Below are positions 28,598-41,325 of a DNA stretch of 64,000 bases, one piece after another. How positions within the stretch are numbered: the stretch's first letter is position 1; each line of letters opens with the position of its first letter. The DNA comes from Candidatus Parcubacteria bacterium (GTDB lineage: Bacteria > Patescibacteriota > Minisyncoccia > UBA6257 > HR35). Location of the stretch: positions 277,133 to 341,132 of the forward strand of contig BPJG01000001.1 of NCBI GenBank assembly GCA_026004495.1, in the 5' to 3' direction. The notes below the pieces were generated by a model. That model was not told where the DNA came from. It did not search any database and was given only the letters and a program-made list of their open reading frames with translations. The translations under genes and the position numbers were made by a program.

Positions 28598-31056
28598 TTT
28601 ATTTCTTTTAAATTATTACCTTCTCTAATTTTAACACAAAGTGGTACCTTTAAGTTAACAATATTTTCAAAAATATTTTTAAGTCTAAGTTTAACTTTGG
28701 CAACAAAATCATTTCTTATTTCAAATATTATTTCATCGTGAACGATTAATTTAAATCTAACTTCATTTAAAATATTTTTTTCTTTTAAATATTTAAATGC
28801 ATCGATTAAGGCTAACTTTAAAATATCAGCTGCCGTACCTTGAATAGGGCTATTAATGGCTATTCTTGTTGCTTTAATTGAATTACTTTCAAAGAAAAAT
28901 CTTTTTCTACCTAACAAAGTTTCAGTATGACCAAAAGAATTAAATCTATTTATAAGTTCATCTAAGAATTTTTTTACTCCGGGAAAATTTCTAAAATAAT
29001 TATTTATTAATTCTTTAGATGTATTTATTGATAATCCAGTTTTTTGAGCTATACCCGAAGGAGTAATGCCATAAATAATACCATAATTAATTATCTTGGC
29101 TAATCTTCGAGTCTTTTCATTTTCTTCCTTAAATAATAATTTAGCAATAATTGTATGAATATCTAAATTTTGGTAAAAAATATTTAATAAGTTTTCATCT
29201 TCGGAAAAATGAGCTAAGATTCTTAATTCTATTTGAGAATAGTCGTAGCTCAAAAAAATATAGTTTTTTTGAGAAGGTATAAAAACTTTTCTCAATTCTA
29301 AGGGAATATTCTGTAAATTGGGATAGAGAGATGTAATTCGACCTGTATTTGTTCCTGTTATTTCAAAGTTCGTATATATTTTATTATCATTTATATGTTT
29401 TAAAAAATTTTTAATAAAATTATTTAACAATTTTGATTTATTTTTATAATCTAAAATTTTTTTAATTAGAGGATGAAAATCAATTAATTTTTGCAGTTCA
29501 CTTTCCTTAACAGAAATTTCTCCTTTAGGAGTTTTTTTTATATTTTTTTTAGTTAACTTAAGTTTTTCGAAAATAATTTTTCTTAATTCATTGGAGGAAT
29601 TTATATTAAATTCAGTCTTAGCTAAATTATAAATCTCCATTTTAATATTTTTTAAATCTTCCAAAATATTTAATCTAATTTGGCTTAATTTTTCTTTGTC
29701 TATATTTAAGCCATAATTTTCCATAATTGCCAGTATAGAACTGACTTTTTGATCTATAATTAAAACATTTTGAAGTTGATTATTTATAATTTGCATATTT
29801 AAATCGTCATAAATTTTAGGCATTATTTTAAGAAAAATATTATTTTTGTTTATGTTATCGGTTATATCTTTAGAATAAAAATAGAGTATTTTTGTAATAT
29901 CTGGCTTAATAATATTTTTAACCAACCAGAAAGCTATCTTTATATCGAAAAATTTATCTATATTATCGACTTCTAATTGAAATTTATAACAATGTTTTAA
30001 AAATAACTTTAAATCATAAACAATAATTTGCTTAGAGTTTAAAATTTTTTTAAATATTTCTAAGTTTAAATTAAAATAGTAATATTTTTCGCCATCAGAA
30101 ATATAAATTACCTCATTATCAATAAAACAAAATAGATCATCAAAAAATAAAGGTAATTTTTCTTCAAATTTTATTTCACTAAAATCATTAGCCTCATTAA
30201 GTTGATTAATTTTTAATCTCTTAATAATTGAATAAAAATCAAATTCTTTTAAAACATTATAAACATTATCTAAATTAAAATATTCATATTTTTTTATTTT
30301 AAAATTTAAATCTATATCAGTAACTATGGTAGCTAACTCTTTGTTTAAAATTAATCTCTCTTTATTATCAATAATTAAATTCCTTAATTTTTCAGGTAGG
30401 ATTTTTTTTTCAGCAGCATATATTATTTGTTCTATATTATTAAATCTAAGCAATAAATCAATAGCAGTTTTTTGGCCAATCCCTTTTATTCCTAAAATAT
30501 TATCTGAACTATCACCAATTAATCCTTTCAAATCTGCTAATTGATAAGGTTGAAGATGAAATTTTTCTCTAACTTTATTTTTGTCATAAACCTCTACTTC
30601 AGAAATTCCCCTTTTAAAGAATTTTAAAATAGTGTTCTCGTCTAATATTTGTAATAAATCTAAGTCTCCACTGTAAATTACTTTTAATTTATAATTTAAT
30701 TTTTTAACAAAAAATCCTATTAAATCATCTGCTTCATAATTTTCCTTTTGAATAATTTCTATATTAAAAGCTTTTAATATTTTGGGTACTAAATTTAATT
30801 GAACCTTAAGGTCGTTAGGAATTTTAGGCCGTTGAGCTTTATAATTAATATCTTTTTTATGTCTAAATGTTTTTGTTTTGGAATCCAGACAGGCAATAAT
30901 ATAGTCTGGATTTTCTTCGTTTATTATCTTTAATAAAGCATTGGTTAAACCAAATAAAGCATTAGTAGGAATATTATTATGAGAAGTAAATAAAGGTAGA
31001 GCATAATAAAATCTATAAATTAAAGAGCTAATATCTAAAATTACTATTTTTTCCAT
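28594..31056 (-). CDS. polA: DNA polymerase I
   Basis: 5'-3' exonuclease (YKAQR, YEADD, GDSSDNI.GIKGIG), TGRITS..PNLQNIP, DYSQIELR, NYGIIYG, VHDE. Confidence 0.97.
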   Translation of the reverse strand: MEKIVILDISSLIYRFYYALPLFTSHNNIPTNALFGLTNALLKIINEENPDYIIACLDSKTKTFRHKKDINYKAQRPKIPNDLKVQLNLVPKILKAFNIEIIQKENYEADDLIGFFVKKLNYKLKVIYSGDLDLLQILDENTILKFFKRGISEVEVYDKNKVREKFHLQPYQLADLKGLIGDSSDNILGIKGIGQKTAIDLLLRFNNIEQIIYAAEKKILPEKLRNLIIDNKERLILNKELATIVTDIDLNFKIKKYEYFNLDNVYNVLKEFDFYSIIKRLKINQLNEANDFSEIKFEEKLPLFFDDLFCFIDNEVIYISDGEKYYYFNLNLEIFKKILNSKQIIVYDLKLFLKHCYKFQLEVDNIDKFFDIKIAFWLVKNIIKPDITKILYFYSKDITDNINKNNIFLKIMPKIYDDLNMQIINNQLQNVLIIDQKVSSILAIMENYGLNIDKEKLSQIRLNILEDLKNIKMEIYNLAKTEFNINSSNELRKIIFEKLKLTKKNIKKTPKGEISVKESELQKLIDFHPLIKKILDYKNKSKLLNNFIKNFLKHINDNKIYTNFEITGTNTGRITSLYPNLQNIPLELRKVFIPSQKNYIFLSYDYSQIELRILAHFSEDENLLNIFYQNLDIHTIIAKLLFKEENEKTRRLAKIINYGIIYGITPSGIAQKTGLSINTSKELINNYFRNFPGVKKFLDELINRFNSFGHTETLLGRKRFFFESNSIKATRIAINSPIQGTAADILKLALIDAFKYLKEKNILNEVRFKLIVHDEIIFEIRNDFVAKVKLRLKNIFENIVNLKVPLCVKIREGNNLKEIK

Positions 31057-31502
31057 TTGAGATAAATTAATCTTTTTTGTTTGCTTAGAATTTTAATTTC
31101 TACTAAAAAATATTTTAATTTGTTTTTATTTAAATAAAAAATTAATTTTTCGCCCCATTCTATTAAAAAAAGATTGTATTTTTCATTTATTTTAGTTTTT
31201 AATGATAATTTCAATAGCTCATTAGCACTTATTCTATAAAGATCAATATGATTAAGCTTAAATTTTTGTGATTTAAGATTGAATAAATATATTCGCCATA
31301 AAATAAAAGTAGGGCTTATTATGTTATCTTTTATTTTAAGTTTTTTGGCAAGTAATTTTACTAAAGTAGTTTTACCAGCTCCAAGATTTCCTTTTAAAAT
31401 TAATATTAATTTCTTATTTTTTAATAATTCACCTTCTACTAAGGAAAATAAATAATTATTTATAAATTCTTTAAAATCTTTTAAACTTTTAATAATTATC
31501 AT
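31044..31502 (-). CDS. tsaE: t6A biosynthesis ATPase
   Basis: GNLGAGKTT, SPTF, HIDLYR, IEW. Confidence 0.93.
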   Translation of the reverse strand: MIIIKSLKDFKEFINNYLFSLVEGELLKNKKLILILKGNLGAGKTTLVKLLAKKLKIKDNIISPTFILWRIYLFNLKSQKFKLNHIDLYRISANELLKLSLKTKINEKYNLFLIEWGEKLIFYLNKNKLKYFLVEIKILSKQKRLIYLKWKK

Positions 31503-31529
31503 AAAAAAATTTTAATTAATTTTAGGCCA

Positions 31530-31567
31530 AAAATTAAGATACCCTATTAATAGGGTATCTTAATTTT
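31530..31567. terminator. 38-bp perfect palindrome, probable intrinsic terminator
   Basis: AAAATTAAGATACCCTATTAATAGGGTATCTTAATTTT, 30 bp downstream of the acidic mini-ORF. Confidence 0.65.
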
Positions 31568-31596
31568 ATTTTGGGAAATTTTACAATTAACCTATT

Positions 31597-31758
31597 TTAT
31601 TCAATTTCTTCTCCCTCATTTTCATCATCGTTTTCATCACCTTCATCACCCCAAGAATCTTCTTCGGTTTCAAAATCATCAAAATCTTTTTCTTCTTCAA
31701 AATCAAATTCTTCATTTTCTTCTAACTCATCTTCTTGCATTAAAAACAGTTTTTTCAT
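31597..31758 (-). CDS. Hyper-acidic microprotein (53 aa; not in the ORF track)
   Basis: MKKLFLMQEDELEENEEFDFEEEKDFDDFETEEDSWGDEGDENDDENEGEEIE, 29 of 53 residues D/E. Followed by a terminator-like palindrome. Confidence 0.65.
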   Translation of the reverse strand: MKKLFLMQEDELEENEEFDFEEEKDFDDFETEEDSWGDEGDENDDENEGEEIE

Positions 31759-31803
31759 TTGTAGAATATCAAATTATAAATTATTAATTCGACCAAAAAA
31801 CTA

Positions 31804-32493
31804 TTAATAATAAACCTCATAAACATCATCATGATTTAAAAGTTTATCAACTAAATCATTAAGGTTTTCTTTATTTTTTATAATACCATAACTTTTGTTA
31901 ATATACCTAATTTCTGTGGATATAATTTTTATATTCAATTTTTCTAAAAAATATTTCAAATTATATAAATTACTAACATCAGTATAAAATATTATTTTAT
32001 CATTATTTTCTCTAAAATCTTCAATAAGGTTATAATTTTTTTCAAAAATTTCTTCCTTAAAATCTAATTTATTTATTATGATAATTCCAACTTCTTTAAA
32101 TAACCAACTAACAGAACCTGGTTCTGCTAATTTGGCATTATTTTTATTTAAAATACTTTTTATTTCTCCAATAGTTCGATTACGATTATTAGATAGACAT
32201 TTAATTAAAATTCCATTACCATCAGAATCATAAGCTTCTAAAATAAATTCTTCTAAATCATTAAATTTTTTTTCCTTAATCTTTTTTAAATTTCTTTCTA
32301 TTACTTCTTGAGAGATACCAAAATCCTTTGCTCTTTCAATAACTGCTCTTAATTTAGGATTAGTATCAGGATTTGGATTATCTTTAGCGCTAGCTAAAAT
32401 TAAATTGACTAATTTAGCAATTAATTGACTTTTCTTTTTATCGATTGCACTCTTTTTATGTTTTATTTGAGCCCAATGAGAATGTCCAGCCAT
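31804..32493 (-). CDS. yebC: YebC/PmpR family protein
   Basis: MAGHSHWAQIKHKK, NPDTNPKLR, NNRNRT, GSVSWLF, DDVYEVY. Confidence 0.95.
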   Translation of the reverse strand: MAGHSHWAQIKHKKSAIDKKKSQLIAKLVNLILASAKDNPNPDTNPKLRAVIERAKDFGISQEVIERNLKKIKEKKFNDLEEFILEAYDSDGNGILIKCLSNNRNRTIGEIKSILNKNNAKLAEPGSVSWLFKEVGIIIINKLDFKEEIFEKNYNLIEDFRENNDKIIFYTDVSNLYNLKYFLEKLNIKIISTEIRYINKSYGIIKNKENLNDLVDKLLNHDDVYEVYY

Positions 32494-32529
32494 TTTTTAG
32501 AAAAAATATAAAAATGTAATTTTTTGTAT

Positions 32530-35492
<2,963 letters not shown>

Positions 35493-35664
35493 ATACAAAA
35501 AATTACATTAACTTATAAATATTTTCTATCTTAAAATAAATTTTGAGAGAACATTCAAAATAATTCTCTTTATTTTCTATAATTATTTTTAAATAATATC
35601 TCTCAGCCAAGAATATCTATTTTTTTAAATTTTTATAAAATCAAATTATCTATTGTTATTTATT

Positions 35665-35693
35665 ATTATAAATAAATTAAAATATCCTGTCAA
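35665..35693 (-). promoter_or_regulatory. Consensus sigma70 promoter for 23S rRNA
   Basis: TTGACA (35693-35688), 17 bp, TATAAT (35670-35665). Confidence 0.85.
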
Positions 35694-35745
35694 GTATCTC
35701 GGTAAATTTTTATAATATTGAATTCTGTAATAAAATATTTAATTT

Positions 35746-36438
35746 TTAAAATTTATCCCTTAAACGATGGAGAAAGTCTCTTGCTACATCTTGGCCACCT
35801 AATCCAAATGATAATCCTATTGCTAATGCAAAGGCCAAAGCCATTCCAAACAATAATATATTAAAAACATCAGTAGCGATTCCTAATTGGTTAAGTGATA
35901 ATATTAATCCAAAAATTACTATAACATAATAAATGATATCAGAACCTAATTCTGCTCCTTTTGTTTCAATACCCCTTAAAAAAACATAGACTAATCTTTT
36001 TATTAAATCTCCTAAAAATATTGCTAGAACAAAAATAAGCCCAGCAACTAAAGCTCTAGGTAAAAATCTGATAATTTCATTCAATAATTGACTAAAAGAC
36101 GATAAACCTAAAATATCAAAAGCAGAAACTAGAAATACAAGAAATATTAACCAAAAGACTAATTTACCTAAAAAAATTTCAGCCCTTAGTTCAACATTAG
36201 ATTTTTCTAAAAATTTTCCAAAACCTAAATCAATTAAATATTTATTAATACTTAATTTAGCAACAATATATTTTATGAAAGTTTCGAAAACCCATCCTAT
36301 CAAATAACCCAATAAAATAAACAATAGAGCCAAGATTAAATTTGGTATAAAATTAATAAGTCTACCAATTATATCTAAAAAATAAAATTGGATTAAATCA
36401 ACAGGAGTATTAGGATAATTAACAGCTAAGTTGTTCAT
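35746..36438 (-). CDS. Conserved TM-helix repeat protein (MscS-associated/CmpX-like)
   Basis: Duplicated F[IL]P.[LA][IL].A..[FI] repeats and C-terminal ALAIGLSFGLGGQDVA. Confidence 0.85.
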   Translation of the reverse strand: MNNLAVNYPNTPVDLIQFYFLDIIGRLINFIPNLILALLFILLGYLIGWVFETFIKYIVAKLSINKYLIDLGFGKFLEKSNVELRAEIFLGKLVFWLIFLVFLVSAFDILGLSSFSQLLNEIIRFLPRALVAGLIFVLAIFLGDLIKRLVYVFLRGIETKGAELGSDIIYYVIVIFGLILSLNQLGIATDVFNILLFGMALAFALAIGLSFGLGGQDVARDFLHRLRDKF

Positions 36439-36572
36439 TTTAATTTTTTATTTTTTTATAATTTTTCTCTCTATCCACACAACGGGATATAGAGAGGCAA
36501 AGGGTTTAATTTTGAATATTTTTAATCTATAAATTTAAATTTTAATATAATTTAATTTTTTTTAAATAAAAT

Positions 36573-36617
36573 TGTGGATAATAATATCTTGACTAATACT
36601 TAAAAAAGATGTATAAT
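36573..36617 (+). promoter_or_regulatory. Promoter TTGACT-17-TATAAT with an adjacent perfect DnaA box
   Basis: TGTGGATAA 36573-36581, -35 at 36589-36594, -10 at 36612-36617. Confidence 0.6.
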
Positions 36618-36744
36618 ATTTTTAAATTAAAGATAAAAAATTTTGTTTTAAATGAAATTATTTAGAAATATCATTAAGCAAATTAATCAAATACCCAAGG
36701 AGGGGGTATAATTTTTGTTTTTAATAAAAATATAAAAATAATGA

Positions 36745-36769
36745 AAACCCCCTCCCAAAGAGGGGGTTT
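36745..36769. terminator. GC-rich hairpin (terminator or attenuator-like)
   Basis: AAACCCCCTC-CCAAA-GAGGGGGTTT. Confidence 0.55.
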
Positions 36770-36783
36770 AAAAATTTCTAAAT

Positions 36784-37350
36784 ATGAACAGTAATAAATT
36801 TTTAAAAGAAATAGATAAATTATATAATTTAAAAAATTGGGAATTAAATTTATTTGAGTTTAATTTCGTTGATAAGGATGAAATTTCTGCTTATTTAAAA
36901 TTTTCTAATAATTTTAATAATTTAGATGGGATATTTTCTAACATTCAACTAAATCAAGAAAATATTAAAAAGAATGTCCTGCTTTATTTACTCATAAGGA
37001 ATTTAGTTAATAGCAATAATGATCACAATTTTTCGTTAATTAATAATAAAATAAAAACCTTAAAGCTGATAAAAGAATTAAACTTTAATTACCAAGAAAA
37101 TATTCTAAAAACTTATGTTTTGAGTGGAATTTACTTTATCAAAGAAAATATTGATCATCCATTTATTAATTTTAAAAAATCTTTATTAAAATATTTTCAT
37201 GATAGCGGAGGGTTTGACATTGATGTTTGGGGAGTAAATATTAAGATAAATATTTTAATAGAATTGATAGATAGAAATGATTTAGAAATAATTCTTAATA
37301 AAAATAAAAATATAGATTGGCAACAATTTTATATGTTAACTTATTATTAA
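36784..37350 (+). CDS. Hypothetical protein
   Basis: 188-aa ORF filling the gap, with an upstream promoter. No recognisable motif. Confidence 0.55.
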   Translation: MNSNKFLKEIDKLYNLKNWELNLFEFNFVDKDEISAYLKFSNNFNNLDGIFSNIQLNQENIKKNVLLYLLIRNLVNSNNDHNFSLINNKIKTLKLIKELNFNYQENILKTYVLSGIYFIKENIDHPFINFKKSLLKYFHDSGGFDIDVWGVNIKINILIELIDRNDLEIILNKNKNIDWQQFYMLTYY

Positions 37351-38627
37351 AATATCTTTTTAATTAAAACAGTAAAACCCAAAGCTAAAATTAAAAAAAT
37401 AGGTACTATAATAATATATAAAGTATAAACATCATGATCACCAAGATTATCATTAATATTAGCGGTTAAATTCTTATCTTTTTTTTCATTTTTATTATTT
37501 AGGGAATTATAATTTTTATATGATTCATTTTCTAAAATATTAAAGTTATTTTTTTTGTCTAAGCCTATAAAAATATTATGTTTTCCTGGGGTAGGTTCGG
37601 TAAAGTACCATTTGCCATTAATATCTCGGGAAAGGCTTTTTCCTTGTGGTGCCCTTCCGTTATATTTGATTGAAAAAACTTTATCATTTTTCCAAAATAA
37701 ACTTAAATTTTCACCTCTATTTTTTATTGAAAATTTATATTCTTTATTGTCAATAACAAAATATCCTTTAGGATCAATAAATCCCTTTAATTTATTTTTT
37801 TTATTACCTACTTCAAGAATAAAATTAGTTAAATTTATTTTTTCATCAGAATCATTAAATAATTCAATAAATTCATTTCCTTGATCTTTGCCTTCAGGAT
37901 TAGGCAAAAATTCATTTATTATTAAATTAAAAGCAGTTTCATTCTCATCTTGATTTAAAGAAGATAAAAAATTATTAATAAGCAAGCTTGAACTTGCTTT
38001 ATTTAAATTATTTGATGAAGTTAAATTTTTATTTATATTTACTATTCGATTATCCTCTTGTTTATTATAGTCTATATTATTATCATTATTATAATTATTG
38101 TTTTTATTATTAATTTTATAAACATTATCATCAATTAATATCCCTGGCGTGCCACCTTTTATTTTATTTTCTTTACAGGTATCATTTTCAAAAATTATTG
38201 AATAGCCATTATTAAAACCTCCACAATTTTTATTATAATAAACTTCTCCAATTAATTTTTTTTCATCATCAAATATTTGAATTTTACCTTCATTATTTTT
38301 TAAAGAAAAATTAGCTTCAATTAACTGAGAATTAACTTTGGGATATTCTTTTAAAAATAAATTTTTATCTTGAACAATAACAAAAACTTCATTTTCTTTT
38401 ATTTCTATATTTTGTTTAAAAATATGATTTTCGCCATCATTAATTTTCCAGCCCGATCTTCCGCTTTTTATTTTTATTGTTTCTTGATATTTATTAATAA
38501 CTTCTATCCACTCCCTACCATCATCATTGCCTTCAGGATTATACATACATTCTTTAATTAATAATTGAGCCAGAGATATTTGATAATTTAAAATAAATAT
38601 CAAAGTAAATATAAAAAGAGGCATCAA
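37347..38627 (-). CDS. Surface protein with two lamin-tail domains
   Basis: IKECMYNPEG.D..REWIEV...GGTPG and IINEFLPNPEG.D..NEFIELFN...PTPG..N, plus signal peptide and C-terminal TM. Confidence 0.85.
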   Translation of the reverse strand: MMPLFIFTLIFILNYQISLAQLLIKECMYNPEGNDDGREWIEVINKYQETIKIKSGRSGWKINDGENHIFKQNIEIKENEVFVIVQDKNLFLKEYPKVNSQLIEANFSLKNNEGKIQIFDDEKKLIGEVYYNKNCGGFNNGYSIIFENDTCKENKIKGGTPGILIDDNVYKINNKNNNYNNDNNIDYNKQEDNRIVNINKNLTSSNNLNKASSSLLINNFLSSLNQDENETAFNLIINEFLPNPEGKDQGNEFIELFNDSDEKINLTNFILEVGNKKNKLKGFIDPKGYFVIDNKEYKFSIKNRGENLSLFWKNDKVFSIKYNGRAPQGKSLSRDINGKWYFTEPTPGKHNIFIGLDKKNNFNILENESYKNYNSLNNKNEKKDKNLTANINDNLGDHDVYTLYIIIVPIFLILALGFTVLIKKIF

Positions 38628-38965
38628 ATTTTTTTTAATTTTTTCCTCAATTTATGATCAGAAATATTTCTAACAAAATATAATTTTGCTCTTCTTGTTT
38701 TTGCCCTAGAAATCACTTCAATTTTATTAATAACTGGTGAGTAATAAAAAAATGTTTTTTCTAAATACTGACCAGCAACTTTTCCCCTTACAGTGAATGT
38801 TTTATTTAAGCTATTTTTATTTTTAACTCTAATAACTATCCCCTCAAAAATAGAATAATTATTATCAGAAACACTTTCCCAAACCTTAATAGTCATTCCT
38901 GGTTTAATTTCGGGCAAACTATCTTTTGTTTTTAATTTATTTAAATACATTCTTAAGGTATCCAT
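38624..38965 (-). CDS. rplS: 50S ribosomal protein L19
   Basis: PEIKPGMTIKV, FEGIVI, TFTVR, SP.I.KIEV, RRAKLYFVR. Confidence 0.95.
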   Translation of the reverse strand: MDTLRMYLNKLKTKDSLPEIKPGMTIKVWESVSDNNYSIFEGIVIRVKNKNSLNKTFTVRGKVAGQYLEKTFFYYSPVINKIEVISRAKTRRAKLYFVRNISDHKLRKKLKKI

Positions 38966-38966
38966 T

Positions 38967-39039
38967 TGCCCCGAGAGGGATTCGAACCCCCGACCTCCTG
39001 CTTAAAAGGCAGTTGCTCTACCAGCTGAGCTACCGGGGC
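38967..39039 (-). tRNA. tRNA-Lys(TTT)
   Basis: GCCCCGGTAGCTCAG...CT-TTT-AA...GGTTCGAATCC, no CCA. Confidence 0.93.
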
Positions 39040-39147
39040 AAATCTTAAAAAAATTTTAAAAATAAAATATAAATAATATCTAAAAATATTAATTATTTAA
39101 ATTATAAACAATTTCAGATATTTTTCTACTCTTATAAAATTTTTTAA

Positions 39148-40470
39148 TCAAATTTCAGTAAAATTGGTATAAGGAATTAGTTCTTTGGGTATTTTAACTC
39201 TTTCACCATGTTGATGATTTTCTAAAATAGCAATCAACACCCTTCCTAAAGCGAAAGCAGTTCCATTTAAAACATTAACTAATTTTAAAATATTCTTATC
39301 TCGATATCTGATATTTAATCTTCTTGATTGATAATCAGTTGTCAAAGAACAGGAATGCGTTTCTCTATATTTATTTTCGCTGGGCAACCAAACTTCAACA
39401 TCAAAACCCTTAGCCGTTGGATGACCTAAGTCAGCAGTACATCTTTCAATTACCCTATAGGGTAATTCAAGTAATCTCATTAATTTTTCCTCAATAGCTA
39501 GTAAAAAATTTAACTCATTTATAGAATTTTCTGGTAAACAAAAAGAAATCATTTCTATTTTATCAAATTGATGAACTCTCAATATTCCTCTTGTGTCTTT
39601 GCCATAACTTCCTGCTTCCTTTCGAAAACAAGTTGAAAATCCTAAAAATCTAATTGGTAAATCTTCCTTGTTCAAAATTTCATCTTTAAAATAAGGAACT
39701 AAAGAATGTTCGGCTGTTCCAATTAAATAAAAATTATTTTCTTTAATTTCAAAAAAATCTATTAAGCCGCTATCCAAATAACCTAGGCCGTTCATGATTT
39801 CTTTTTTAATAAAGACTGGTGGCAAAATAGGTATAAATTCATTATTTTTTACATTTAAATTAAATTCTTCAATAACTTTATTAATAAATTCTTTATTGGT
39901 TAATTTATCAAAAACAAAATTTATAATAGCAAATTCTAGTAAAACTAATTTATTTTTAAGGAAAGCAAATCTTGAACCAGAAATTTTACTTGCTCTTTTA
40001 ATATCAATAAGGTCATTATTTAGCGAAAAATTTAAATAATCAGTTTTATTTTTAGATTGTTTAATGTCTCCAAAATATCTAATAACAACGTTATCTTTGT
40101 CGCTCTCTCCAATAGGCACATTGTCTAATGCTGGATTAGGAATTTTCTTTAAAGAATCAGAAATTTCTAACTCTAATTTACTAATTTCATCCTCAATTAC
40201 TTTAATTTTATTTTTTATTTTTTTAAGATAATTAATTTCTAATTTACTTGGTTTATTAATAGATAATTTGTTTATTTCAAATCTTAAATTATCTCTTTTT
40301 TTTATCAATCTATTTAAAAAATTTTTTTTCTGAATTAAAATATCAATTAATTCATCAAGGTTATAGCCTTTATCTTTGCTTGTTTTTTTATAAAAATCTG
40401 GACGTTTTATAAGGTCTTTAATGTCAATCATAATAAAATTATAAATATGAAAAGAAAAAAATATAGTCAA
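39148..40470 (-). CDS. serS: Seryl-tRNA synthetase
   Basis: IPN....VP.G, LIGTAE, CFRKEAGSYGKDTRG..RVHQF.K.E, DYQSRRL, LNGTA. True start is likely MIDIK (about 40431). Confidence 0.97.
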   Translation of the reverse strand: MTIFFSFHIYNFIMIDIKDLIKRPDFYKKTSKDKGYNLDELIDILIQKKNFLNRLIKKRDNLRFEINKLSINKPSKLEINYLKKIKNKIKVIEDEISKLELEISDSLKKIPNPALDNVPIGESDKDNVVIRYFGDIKQSKNKTDYLNFSLNNDLIDIKRASKISGSRFAFLKNKLVLLEFAIINFVFDKLTNKEFINKVIEEFNLNVKNNEFIPILPPVFIKKEIMNGLGYLDSGLIDFFEIKENNFYLIGTAEHSLVPYFKDEILNKEDLPIRFLGFSTCFRKEAGSYGKDTRGILRVHQFDKIEMISFCLPENSINELNFLLAIEEKLMRLLELPYRVIERCTADLGHPTAKGFDVEVWLPSENKYRETHSCSLTTDYQSRRLNIRYRDKNILKLVNVLNGTAFALGRVLIAILENHQHGERVKIPKELIPYTNFTEI

Positions 40471-41097
40471 TATTTTAATGTTATTAATATAATTTTAGTT
40501 GGATTTTTAATTATTGTCTTTTTTACTAAATTTACTCTTTTAATTGATAATAGCTATAAAAGAAGTATATATTTAGGAGAATACTTATTATTAAAAAATA
40601 GTCTAATAACAAATATATTTCAGCAATATCCAGAAATTATCAAAATTAAAACAAAAATATACCCTCTGGAAAAGAAAATTGAGTTAAAAACAATAAAGGA
40701 AAAACCAGTAGCCAAAATTTGTTATCAAAATAATTGCTATTTTTTAGGAGAACATAATTATATTTATCAGCCATCAACTAAAAATACCAGCGATGTTTCT
40801 TTATTAACAATAAATTCTAGATTACCAATAATTAACAAAAGTATTTTAGATAAAAATATAAGTGATACTCTAGAAAAAATATTTGAATATTCTAATACTA
40901 ATAATTATTTCTTAACAAAAATAGAAATCTTATCTAATAAAGATCTAAAGATCTACACAACAGATTTCAATTTTTTAATTGATCCCTTTAAAGATATTAA
41001 CAATCAAATCAAAAAACTTACTTACTTCTTAAATAACTACAAGGGTAAGTATAAGGAAATTGATCTTAGGATCAACGATAGAATATATTTTAAATAA
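40447..41097 (+). CDS. ftsQ: FtsQ/DivIB-like cell division protein
   Basis: N-terminal TM, POTRA-like YPEI...KIYP....L...KEKPVA, C-terminal IDLR..DRIYFK. Confidence 0.7.
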   Translation: MKRKKYSQYFNVINIILVGFLIIVFFTKFTLLIDNSYKRSIYLGEYLLLKNSLITNIFQQYPEIIKIKTKIYPLEKKIELKTIKEKPVAKICYQNNCYFLGEHNYIYQPSTKNTSDVSLLTINSRLPIINKSILDKNISDTLEKIFEYSNTNNYFLTKIEILSNKDLKIYTTDFNFLIDPFKDINNQIKKLTYFLNNYKGKYKEIDLRINDRIYFK

Positions 41098-41103
41098 TTT
41101 TTA

Positions 41104-41277
41104 TTAGCTATTTAAGCATTCACGATGATAAACAGGCCTAAGTAAATTACCATTCTCGTCTCTAAATGGTTCAAATGGTAATTCATGTATTTCTTCTCCA
41201 CATTTAGCACAAATCCATTTTTCTCCATTTTGAGGCCTGTACATCTTTCTACCTCCTCGATTTCTATTTCTTTGCAT
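41104..41277 (-). CDS. CxxC-x17-CxxC-like zinc-ribbon microprotein (57 aa; not in the ORF track)
   Basis: MQRNRNRGGRKMYRPQNGEKWICAKCGEEIHELPFEPFRDENGNLLRPVYHRECLNS. Pattern CxxC...LPFEP...RPVY-HxxC. Confidence 0.75.
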   Translation of the reverse strand: MQRNRNRGGRKMYRPQNGEKWICAKCGEEIHELPFEPFRDENGNLLRPVYHRECLNS

Positions 41278-41325
41278 TTTAGAAGCTTATTAATTTAACG
41301 ACTTTTAAATTATAATCTAAAAAAT

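Noticed and set aside
31571-31807. Ser-rich 78-aa plus-strand ORF
   Set aside because: Mirror image of the Glu/Asp codons of the minus-strand acidic ORF, which is co-oriented with its neighbours.
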